A stretch of DNA of 64,000 bases from Klebsormidium nitens (Eukaryota; Plantae; Klebsormidiophyceae). Location of the stretch: the NCBI GenBank assembly GCA_000708835.1, contig DF236958.1, positions 310,001 to 374,000 of the forward strand. Reading direction: 5' to 3'. A program made the translations under genes and the position numbers. Positions 26,452 to 37,300 of the stretch are shown here, one piece after another (the first letter of the stretch is position 1; each line of letters starts with the position of its first letter). The notes beneath the pieces are model-generated. The model did not search any database. It was not told where the DNA came from and saw only the letters and a list, made by a program, of their open reading frames with translations.

Positions 26452-27596
26452 CTGAGAATCATCTGCCACTGAGGTTGGCTAGCCAACCATGCTGTCAACA
26501 GCGCATCGACCTATGCTTAGATGTGACTTTCCTGTGAGGAGCCCCAGACTCCCCTCCACAGTGGGAGCGGGTAGTCATCACACCTCATGATCCTATCCTT
26601 CAAGTCCACATGAAGACCACCTTTTCTAAAAGAAGTTGACAAGTGTTGGGCCTCTTTCTGTAAAGTAAAAACTTCATTCTGCTATCACTTTTCGCAGTAG
26701 CAATCACATGAAAAACTCACATTGCAATGCGCTTTCACATTGATGTGGCGTGAGCCCCTTTTGGAGCATGAGTGCCCCTTCGTAGTTGCAGGTGAGTTGC
26801 AGCTTCCAAAGCAACACGTTGTCCGAGCTTGTGCTGTCTGACTGACAGCCATTGCGTGCCCTTCCCATAGACCCCGCCACCCCTTCTCCCTATGTTTAAA
26901 CAGTCATTCACCAGTTGCCGCTGCAGACTTCAGCTCGATCCAGCTCACTCGGGCTCACGTTAGGTATGCACCACTCTGCTCTGTGCAGAGTCGAGCGAAT
27001 GGCCTGCTATTCAGCTGAATGGCACCCACCTACACCAAGTTGTCAGCATCATGACATTGATTGAGCGTCATGTTGCGCCAACCTTAAAATACGTCCTCCT
27101 TGTTTGATGTTCGACGTCTTGGTTGCAGGTTCACAGATCTACTAGTACTATGGGTGAGCCCTTGGCCCACAGGCTAACTGGTGCTTAACTCCAATTCGGA
27201 TCAGCAAAAGATGGCAGCCGGTTCTGAAAACTGTGCCAGAAGGTACCTACTTAGTCAGGATTTCCCCTCTGCAAGGATGCCACAAACAAACGGCTTGCTG
27301 CACACCAGGAAAACGGGAAAGTTAGTCAAAGGTTGCGAATCCAAACTTGTAAACCCGGGTTCGAAGAGTACAAACCCCGGGTTTCTGCCGTGCTGGGTTT
27401 GACACTGAGAGCTGGCTCGACGTGCCCACAAGTTCAACTTCTGGTATATGGTGGCCAGCTTTCAGGGGTTGAGATTTTGAACCGATGACAGCTTGTTTTG
27501 TCGATTGCATGTAAGAGCTGGAGAAGTGCTGCCATGGCCTCTGTCCTTCACATTGAAGGTGTCGCATCGCTGGCACTGCTACCAGATGGGTGCATC

Positions 27597-28401
27597 TCAG
27601 GGCACCTTATTGACGCCGTCACCAAAATGTCGTACGGTATATTCGGAAAAGGTGAATAAAGCTGGAGTGGACTGGCGGCGCTTGACTTCCACGGAGAGAG
27701 AACAGCTCATGCCAATTTCTGAGAGTGCCAGTAGTTTGTTGGGTGCTAAGAATTTCAAGATTGCATTGATGGTACGAAAAAACTTTTTCTTTGGAGACAT
27801 GTCTTGTTAATCAACCGCAGAAGCTCCTACTTTTTCAGCAGCTCATCTCAGTCCCGACCAGAGTTTCCTCAGGTTGGGACACTTGCATCTGAGAAGCTGT
27901 ATGCATTGGCCGCCTAGAGGTTTGGTCCTCAAGCACCATCTAGAATGATGTTGCTCATACATTGGGGTCTCTTGCTGCTTTGCAGAGATTAAGTGTGAGC
28001 GTGAGTGTAGCCGGGGGGAAGACTACAAGCTCGTGGACTTGACGATCCTGGAGTTCAAGGTCAGTTTCCAATCTTATGAAAGGCAATAAGAACCTGTCCT
28101 TATCTTTTACTGCCATCTGCACGTTATGTGAAACTCCTGTCCTCATGAGCTGGCCACCGTACTTTTGAAGCACACAAATTGAAATGCAATCAGCTGTTTT
28201 ATGCTTGGCAGCTGGGTTGGTGTGGCTGCCAATCCTGTGAGCATTACCTTCTTCCGGACCACATCTAACTTTCTCTGTCCACTTTTGGTTGAGGTGCACT
28301 AGATCAGAGCTGGACTCTTTATTAGGCACTGTGTCGCAAGTGCACCCGATTTGTGTACTGAATGGTTTCCTTGTGCATACAGAGTCAGAAGGAATGTACA
28401 C
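27597..28401 (-). CDS. Coding-like exons upstream of the Deg protease (N-terminus of the same gene or a separate gene)
   Basis: Open frames 27955-28401 (RFLLPFIRLETDLELQDRQVHELVVFPPATL) and 27597-27800 (KFFRTINAILKFLAPNKLL...) on the same strand as Deg; splicing could not be resolved. Confidence 0.3.
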
Positions 28402-28792
28402 TAGTGGTCGAGCAAAGAGGCGCAGATGCAGCCAGGATCAGAACAGCGGAAGATGCCCATGGGTAAGTATGGACTGCAGATCAGGCTGACGCATATTTAC
28501 TGCTTGATAACTCTACTGCTGAGGTTATCGGACGCTCAGAACTCAAAATATCAAAGTCTTTCAAGGCCCTTCGTTGCGCAACAAACTTTCAAGAGCAGAC
28601 TGAATGCTTGTTGTGGCTGCTCAGTCAAGGCCTTCAGTCACAGTCATCCACTCAAGGAACCAGTATCATGCAATCAAGACAACTGTACATCGATTTTTTC
28701 TCGAAAAGTGTTCAACTAGGGGAGTCTGATCCATAGAAATATCCTCGTAAGCAGCCTCTCACACTTTTCACAAACTTGTTTCTCTGAGCCAA

Positions 28793-29653
28793 ATGGGAAA
28801 GTGTTCTGCATCGCTGGAGATGGCGGAAGCTAAGGAATGCTTTTCCCGGTTCCAAGGGCGGGTCCGATTGTCCAGTACACGAACAAACGTTCAAGGAAAT
28901 TTTGGAGAACCTTTTCGCAGGTGGGAGGAAGAAGTCCTCGAAGCAGCCAGAGAAGGACGGTCCGGAGCCCCGCCCAACGTCACGTTCGACTGCGAGACTC
29001 TGAAAGCGGACGCAGACGCACGGCGCCACATCCAAAGGTTCCTTCCCACTCTAGAGGGCCAAGATGCGGTCGTTAACGTTGGCAAGATGGTGGCTAGCGG
29101 GGTCAAGTTCGAGGCTACGAAAAGTAACAGAAAGCGTGACTCAGAGGAAGCGTTCTTTGGTGACGTCAGCAGAGGGCATGATGAGCGGGGCAGCTGTGGA
29201 AACACGGATGAAGGGAGGGGAGAATGGTTGGCGAAGAAGTGGAAGTTGGAGGAGGGGGCAGACGGCGGGGGATGGTTCACCAGGACGACAGAGAGCAAGA
29301 CGGAAGTTGTGACATCAGAAGAAAAGGGCAGGAGTAACGGCTGTTCGAAAGCAGGAGATGAATCTGGAGGAACGGAAGCAATTCGACAGCTGCACGAGGG
29401 AACGTCGAGCGAGAGAGCGCAAGTCAGTGAAACGGCCGGCTCCGAGAGTCAAGATGAGGAGAAGAGCCGTGCTCGGACTGGAAATCTGGTACGAAATGCA
29501 GAGGAACGAGCTTGCTTCGAAGGAACTTTGAGAGAAAGGTTGAGAAGTATAGAGGAAGCGATAGGGCTGCCAAGCGAAGGACAGCTGCGGCCCACACCAC
29601 TCAGCAGAAAACTCATAGAGGAAGATGACACTGATAAAGAAGGGTGGCTGTAG
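28793..29653 (+). CDS. Hypothetical protein, 286 aa single ORF (globular-looking N-terminal ~110 aa, charged low-complexity C-terminus)
   Basis: ATG-initiated uninterrupted ORF; N-terminus FSRFQGRVRLSSTR...RRWEEEVL...LKADADARRHIQRFLPTLEGQDAVVNVGKM; Glu/Gly-rich tail. Confidence 0.65.
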   Translation: MGKCSASLEMAEAKECFSRFQGRVRLSSTRTNVQGNFGEPFRRWEEEVLEAAREGRSGAPPNVTFDCETLKADADARRHIQRFLPTLEGQDAVVNVGKMVASGVKFEATKSNRKRDSEEAFFGDVSRGHDERGSCGNTDEGRGEWLAKKWKLEEGADGGGWFTRTTESKTEVVTSEEKGRSNGCSKAGDESGGTEAIRQLHEGTSSERAQVSETAGSESQDEEKSRARTGNLVRNAEERACFEGTLRERLRSIEEAIGLPSEGQLRPTPLSRKLIEEDDTDKEGWL

Positions 29654-30575
29654 CTGTGGCCTCATCGACGCATCGTATTTCTGTACAGAGGGTGCTCATT
29701 GCTGACGGCCTGATTAGAACTTGAACCGCCGGAGGCAAGCTGGCCTGCGGATCTCGTCTGCCTGGAGTCAATGCTGGCAGAAATCTCCTTTGAGCTGCTT
29801 TTGTTCATGCCATCAAAGACGCCACGGCTGGTCTTGTTGAATCCCCTGAGTTGTCTTGATCCGATCCTGACGAGCCAAGACAGTGCATGTATGATGGCGC
29901 GGCTATCCTATCTGCTTAATCGTGCCGACTTTGTTAAGCATGTATACGTGCACACTTTGAAGGTTTGATTGAGTCCCATTTGCATAACTGCCGAAACCGT
30001 CAAATGCAGCTAGCGTACCATTATGCCACCATGTCGAGAGTCGGCCGCAGCTGACCATGAAACCTCTCGTCTTATATCATTCGATCCTGTATGTGTTGCC
30101 GGTCCAATCTTCTCATAAGCGTCGGAAAATACGTGCATGGGCAGGCTTGCAAAATATAGATCGTCGACGAGTAATCACGCACGTCCATAGAGTTTCATCG
30201 AATTGGATCCTGGTTAGTGCGCACGGTTGGATGACCCTGATTGCAAAAGTTTTCGCATTCGTTGAGAGACGCAGTTGGCCGCCTTTTCAGCCTACCACGT
30301 AGCCTCCGAGTGACCATGTTTGAGTGCGTCAGTTCCAAATACTCCTCCATTGGAACTGAAGGCAGAATAATTGTCATCGACATACAGCACAACGTCTCAG
30401 TTGTTCAAACTTTTGATGCCAGACACTTGAATTAGACGGCAAGCGAAGGCTCTATGTACAACATTTCAGTTCTCCTAATGTACAATCTCGAAGGCATTTC
30501 TCAACGCCGGAGGTTTATTAGTCTAGCAAAATGCTTCAGTCACCGCCCTTTACGGGCGGTGAAGTCATATTTCCT

Positions 30576-33500
30576 CTACTCAGCAACGACAACAACCTTC
30601 CCCACCGAGTGCCCGTCGATGCTCCGCTCCCAGGCCTTCTTCGCCTCACTCAGCGGATACTTACTATCGATCACCGTTTTCAACTTCTTATCGCCCACGA
30701 GATCCACCAGCGTTTGCAGATCCTTTGAGTTCGCCGACAGGATCAGGGGGATCAACCTCTGCTTCGAGAAGGTCGCCGCCTGCAGCGCGGACCTCGCAAT
30801 GTAACTAGCCCCGGGGGTAAAGCTGACCACCTTCCCATGCTTGGCGAGCACCTTCTGCCAGTGATCCCACGGCTCCTCCTTGGACGTGCAGTGCAGGATG
30901 ACGTCATACGGCTGCTTAGACGCGCTCTGGAAGGGGTTGGCGGGGTCGGCCAGCTTCTTGTAGTCGAGGACCTCGTCGGCGCCCAGGCTCTTGACGAGGT
31001 CGATGTTGCCCGTGCTGGCGGTGGCGGTGACGTGGGCGCCCGCGTACTTGGCAAGCTGACGCAAAGAAAACGCAAGTGTGAATAAGCCCTAAAAGTACTT
31101 TACCTTGTCAATGATTACATGGTTGAAAGATTGTCCTGCTTTTGTGCATCTTCCGATATGTCCGCGCAAGGTGACGAACGAAGTGCCTAGCTAAGAAAGC
31201 CGACGTCAGCGCAGTCAACTGGTTCCGTGTCGTTGTTAGAAGGGTCTGCAGGTGACCATCTCAAAACGACGACTCTCTTTTTGCACTACATATGAAACGC
31301 TAAGAACCTGACAATTATTTATAAATACAGTGCTTTTGTTGTCCGTGCCAAGTAACAAACCCAACTTCAACAAGAGATTCAGGTGCTTGCAGCCTTCACA
31401 ACAATCTTGTCGAAAAAAACTTTCGCCTTCGAACGATCGAGATGATACTTGGATGCGCCTTGTCGACATAGACCGCCTGCAGTCAACAATGAAGGGAAGC
31501 AAGCGCACATGATAGCTTCGATATCAGGAACGGCCAACGTACCTTTCACAGGACGCACAGGTGAAGAAACCACCAACATACGAATCTCATGAGAAACTTC
31601 CTGTAATAGTTCGAGATCGTGGTGGCATCTCCACGATGCTCGACTGAAGACGTGGGCGATTAGAAAGGAACCGTTTGGGTCCATGCGAAGGCAAAGATGT
31701 CCTGACCTTTTGACGTTGGTTCAATAAACTCTGACGTAGATTTGATCTTCATCTTGAGTGGTTGATCGCAGCCATATGTTCGGCAGGCAGCCTGTCTACG
31801 GTTCCCTAATCGTAATAGAAATACTCAAAATGCTACTTCGATCACGCTCGACTCGACATCCCAAGAGAGCCGCTTCCCTGAACGCTTTCGGGTCTGTTAG
31901 AAGCTCATTCAAATAATTGCACTCTTGATCACCGTTCAATGACTGTCCTGAAAATGGCCGGCCGTTCCTCAACAAGCCTTCGGAGCCGTTCGAAGCGGTT
32001 CCCTTCGAATTGGCCCTTAAACGGGAATTCTTCATACGAGCTTCACCTTGCCCTTCGACTCGTTTGCTGGCCTGGAAAAAGGGCTCGCTAAAATGAACAC
32101 CGAATCGTCCCCGTTGTCTCACCTGCACGGCATAGTGTCCCACTCCTCCCGACGCTGCTTGGACCAGTACGCGCCCGGTGCCCTTGGGGAACGATAGGCC
32201 CCCCTTGATGAGGCCTTGGAGTGCGGTCATGGCCGCAACCGGCAGGCCTGCCGCGTCTTCAAAGGAGACGCCTGGTGGCAGTCTGGCGATTGTCTTGGTG
32301 TCAATGACTCCGTACTCAGCGAAAGCGCCTTGATGCTGTTGGGGGAGAAAACAATAAGTTGAGCACGATCAGGAAACATTATTGTTGAAACGACCGACTA
32401 TTTAGGCTGGGTCTCTCTGCTCAGAACGGCTGGACTTTAGAAATGAACTCTCGAGCTGCAAATGTTCAAGGTCGGGACGACATTGTTTGAAACGTCTCAG
32501 TGGCTGACTCCGAAGTTCAAGGCGCCACAAATTGGTAAGGAGGTGACCACGCTACTTCAACAATGGGCTTTCACACACAGAGTCACACAACCACAGAGAA
32601 CTTGATTTGTTGCACACTGGCCACCCTGAAACAACCACCAGCAGAAATTCAAGACTGAAGTCCCGGTACACAGTGCAGACAACATCCAGATGGAGAAGAC
32701 TTTTCTGTGACTCACATATACGTCGACCTTGGCCAAGATCCTGTCACCAACTGAAAAGCCAGCTATATTGGAGCCAACAGCAGCGACTGTTCCAGCAAAG
32801 TCGGTGCCTGCACAATAAATAGTCAAGCTATTGATCATTAAAATCAGCCAGCAACTCCCTCCTAAAAAGGCCCTTCTATGAACGCTCAGACTCTGGTAAC
32901 TTTCGCAATCTGTGGCCAGACTTACGAAACAAAATGCTCTACTTTGCAGGTCAGTCTGTAGTGACCTGGGACAAAGTTTCTAGCATTGCTAGATGTCGGT
33001 TTGGGATGCAGCCCCGCTTGTTTCAAGCCCCCTAAGTTGGATTATGCCGTCATCTCTTGAGTACTAACTACCTGACTTTTCCCAAATAGGAGCATAGGAA
33101 GGAACCTACCTGGAACCATAGGCAACTTGATCCATATGACTGCTTTCAAAGCGCCAGACTGGATCTTCCAGTCTACGGGGTTCACGGAAGATGCGTGTAT
33201 CTGCAAGAAAGGCAGTACTTCTTGTTAGCAGTCAAGCTGCCATTCTGATGGTCGCAGACCCTCTGTCTTTGCATCATGCTGGCATCTGGTCCAGGATTCA
33301 TGCGTGACTAGCTTGCTCATATAGGAACAGTTAACAAACCATAAAAGCACACGCGACGGAGGTAGTTATGACTTGTGATGGACCACTTTTGTGAAGGCGT
33401 GCAGGCAGTCCCCAGCCTGCCGTCACGAAGGCTGTGACCAAAGCACCTTAAGTGCATGCATTGGCTCATAAGCTGGACAGTGAACATGCATGCATTCCAG

Positions 33501-33935
33501 GGCAATTGAGCTTTTAAGAGCGCTCACCTTCAGAAGAATCTCATCTGGCCCAGGCCTTGGCACTGGCTTGTCCACTAGCTCCAAGCTACCAGCCCCACCA
33601 CCATATTGCACGTACTGCCATGCTTTCATCTTTTCTGGAACTGCGGCCATGCTGATCGTTCCTCTGCTTCGAGCAGTGAATGGCTGCAATGGTGATGCCG
33701 AAGATCCTTGTAATACACGCAGTGGTGCAATTCGTGCCAAAAACTTACTGCCACCCAGAAGAGCTGGAACGGGTGCGGACTTCACAGATCTTCCAATGCT
33801 GGGGGAGTGCGTAGGTGATCTGAAGAAAGCCTTGGCAGGGCAAGCAGGATGCGCTATGTGGCTTTTCAAGAGAAACGTGCCGTGGGGGCGGAATAGCAGA
33901 GTAGCTGGCGAGCTCGACAGAACCAGCTGCGGCAT
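30576..33935 (-). CDS. ceQORH: Chloroplast envelope quinone oxidoreductase homolog (MDR/zeta-crystallin family) with N-terminal extension
   Basis: Exons 33935-33528, 33200-33110, 32807-32716, 32335-32123, 31055-30576; motifs QYGGGA, NPVDWKIQ, AASGGVGHYAVQLAK, LGADEVLDYK, KTVIDSKYPLS, SIDGHSVGK match the ceQORH subfamily. Confidence 0.9.
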
Positions 33936-34111
33936 GTTGACCACCTGGGTTTTTGTGTGTGCAACACAAAGAGGAGCTGCTGCAGCTCAGGTCAGAGCTC
34001 TGCATTTGACGAGAAGAAGGAACCCGAGCTGAAAACCCTATTTCAGTGAAACCTGGTGAAACCCCACAAATGTAAAACCCTGATGTGTTCATGTATTCTG
34101 AAAGCAACTTT

Positions 34112-34126
34112 CTTCTAGAAGCTTCC
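34112..34126. promoter_or_regulatory. Three-unit heat shock element
   Basis: cTTCtaGAAgcTTCc, an exact nTTCnnGAAnnTTCn match, between the divergent ceQORH and DJ-1D start codons. Confidence 0.5.
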
Positions 34127-34312
34127 AAGTTCGCCAGATTGCCCATGCATTCCAAGTTTTGTTCGAAGGCAATGGAACGGCTGTGGGCAATCCAACGAAC
34201 ATAACGACCTCTCAGCTGAAAAATTTAGGATTGGTTGCATTGCAATCAGCTGCTGCGCGCATTGTCCTCCATTTTCTTCAATAGGTTAAGCGGGATTTGA
34301 GAAAGCGCAACC

Positions 34313-37300
34313 ATGAGGAAGGTTCTATTCATCGTGGGGGACTACTGCGAGGACTATGGTAAGTTTTCCTACTTGACAAGCTCATCACCATGTGCACGTA
34401 CTGATGCAATCCTTCTACAATTCTTCTACATCTGTTGAGTGCCTTAGTTGATTGTATGAAGGGCACCTTGTTGTTTTGCCCCTTACGGTGTTCTCCTTGC
34501 ATCCATTCCACGCTTTCACCATGAAACCAACCGGTCTGACAATGCGGGGCTAACACTGCTTTTCCGTGCAGAGGTGATGGTTCCTTTCCAGAGCCTTCTT
34601 GGTTACGGCTTTCAGGTACGTGTTTGCAGGTGTAGGCAATCAAACAATCCTCCAAATGATCGATTGGGGCATGTTTGTTGGAACTGCGTATCTCCTAGGG
34701 CGTTGATTCAAGCAATGCAAATGTTGCAGAAACATGTTTGTGAAGAAATTGTCATGATTGGTACATCTTAGGGGCTTAGCCATACTGGGCCAAGTGGTTG
34801 GTTGATTATTCAAGTGCCACCACCAGGTGTACATTCCCAGCTAATTGTTCCTGCTCTGAACTTGACATTGACATCTGCATCCCTTTCTGTTTTCAGTCCG
34901 CATTTGATGCCCACTGCATACGGTATGTAGTCTTTTGACCTATCCAACTGCCTGACAAGGAAAAGTGGGAAGTCATGACAAAGCTCGGTAGTTGGCTGAT
35001 GCGATGAAGTTGAAGTTGACAAAGATTGGCAGCATCTCTTTCTTGGTTTATCACAGGCGGATGCGGTCTGCCCCAACAAGAAAGCCGGTGACGTAGTCAG
35101 GACCGCCATACACGATTTCGAGGGGTAAGGTTAAGCCTAAGTCACTGAAATCCTCAAGAAATTTGGATTACTAGGATCTCAACATCGATGCTCAAAGTTC
35201 TATCACTTGCGCATCTGGTCAATTTGAGGGATAACCATACAGCCAAATCCAGTCCGCATCTTGTCAGTTTTCTGGAAAAGATTCTAATGACACCTTTGGA
35301 CAGTGTGCTCACCTCAAGCCTTTGCTGAGTATCTCAAGTTTCAATTGTGCCCTCATCTCTGCGAAGCTGAGATGTGCAGTGCCTCTAGGTCGTTCATAAA
35401 GCAATGCATCGGGTCACCTGTCTGCAATCTGTACCTGGGGCGCTTGGTTGAGTTCACTTACGCTGCTCCATCGGGGGGGGTCCCAATCAGGAAGCTTGAC
35501 TCCTCTTTCTTTGTCCGTCCAGGGACCAGACCTACTCTGAGAAGCGTGGCCACAACTTTGTCCTCACTGCCACGTTCGCCGAGGTGCACGCTGATGATTA
35601 TGACGCGTTGGTAATTCCAGGTAGGTGACAGGTGTCCAAAAAAAGATTCCATGAATCGGCAGCGGAAACGAAGAAGGCTGTTTGATACCCAACAAGCCCG
35701 ATACGCCCCTTCTATCTTTGCTTGTGTTTGCCCCAGCCTCTGACACTGTGTTCGGCCTTGGCCGAGCGTCAAACGTGAGTGGTCCTGGTGGCTCTCGAGT
35801 CCAACTTCGACTTGCATATTCTGACCCAATGGGCAGGTTTGCAGCACTGACAAAACGGGTGTCCTGTCAGATTTCGACCGTCATCCGATTGGCGGACTGG
35901 TTGATCACGAAATTGGGATTCGAGGTCGTTTTCAAATGCTGGGACCACCCTCATGCGTTAGTATTTGAGATTATGAATGGGTTCAGTTTCAGTTCAAAGG
36001 AGTCACAAACAGCCACCAACGACAGTAATAGGGGTACGGCAGGACAGAACGCCAGAGTTCAAACTCGCTCAAGCATTCCCATGCATGACTTCAGTGCGTG
36101 GTGAACATCCCTCCACGGCCGTCGGAATCATCACTGGAATCTTTTCCAGATTTGTAGTCTCCTCCTTGTACCACTAAAAATCAAGATTTCGAGAAACGCA
36201 ACCAGAAACGATTTATTTCCGCTCTCTTTCCAGGCGGCCGCGCCCCCGAGTACCTCAGCACCGACGACTCGGTCCTCTCGCTCGTCCGCCACTTCTTCTC
36301 CAAGAAGAAGCCCGTCGCCTCCATCTGCCACGGCCAGCTCATCCTCGCCGCCGCTGACGTCATCAAGGGCCGCAAGGTGACGGCGTACCCCGCCTGCCGC
36401 CCCGTGATCCAAGCTGCGGGTGCCACGTGGCAGGCTCCCGAGCCCATCACGTCGTGCTTTATTGATGAGAATCTGGTGACGGGCGCAGCATGGCCGGCGC
36501 ACCCCGAGTTTCTGGGGCTGTTTTTGCTGGCCATGGGGGCCAACGTGAGCAACACCGAGAAGAAGGTGCTGGTGCTAGCGGGCGACTTTGTGGAAGGTGA
36601 GCTGCGGCTTTTGTCCGGATGACGGGTGTTTTTGTGAGGTTCTCGAAGTTCAAGCCGTCGAATGATTAGAGGAACCCGGAGTCGAGGTGGCAGAGCAGGT
36701 GATACTCGCTAGGGATTCGAGGTGGAGAAAGGGAGAAAGGGATCCTGGGGCTCAAAGAGTTTGAGGGTTCAGGTTTAGTTGAGGTTGTTAAAGTGTTGGT
36801 TAGGAACGGCCGACTTGTAGCCTCCTCGAAGATGCGGGGACGTGTTCAGGAGACGTCCGACATGCTGTTAACCAAGCTTTTGAGTGCTTGAACGGTCAGC
36901 TTTTGAAAGATGCCTCTCACAGTTTATTGCCTCTGAGTGAAATAGCTTCTTTCACGAACTTTTCCTTTCCACATATTGAAAGCACGGTTTTCAGACACAA
37001 CAATAGCAGCTGGCTTTCACATTAGGGACGGGAAAGTTGGGTAACCGATCAAGTAACAAAGAACCGCAGTCCAAGTAGACAATGGCCAACACCTATACTC
37101 AGGGGGCATGCCTGCTTGTCATTGTCGAAAGCGATTGCAAGTGGGACTGTTTTGAGGTTCGAGCGTTGTGTACGTCGGATGTTCTGACACTGAAGCTGTT
37201 GAGAGGGCCAACGGCATCAGCTCACCCCCTTGAGTACCCTCGCAACGTCTTTTCAACCTATGTCCCGTACGAAAACGACGTACTATCTCGCTCCCGAGGA

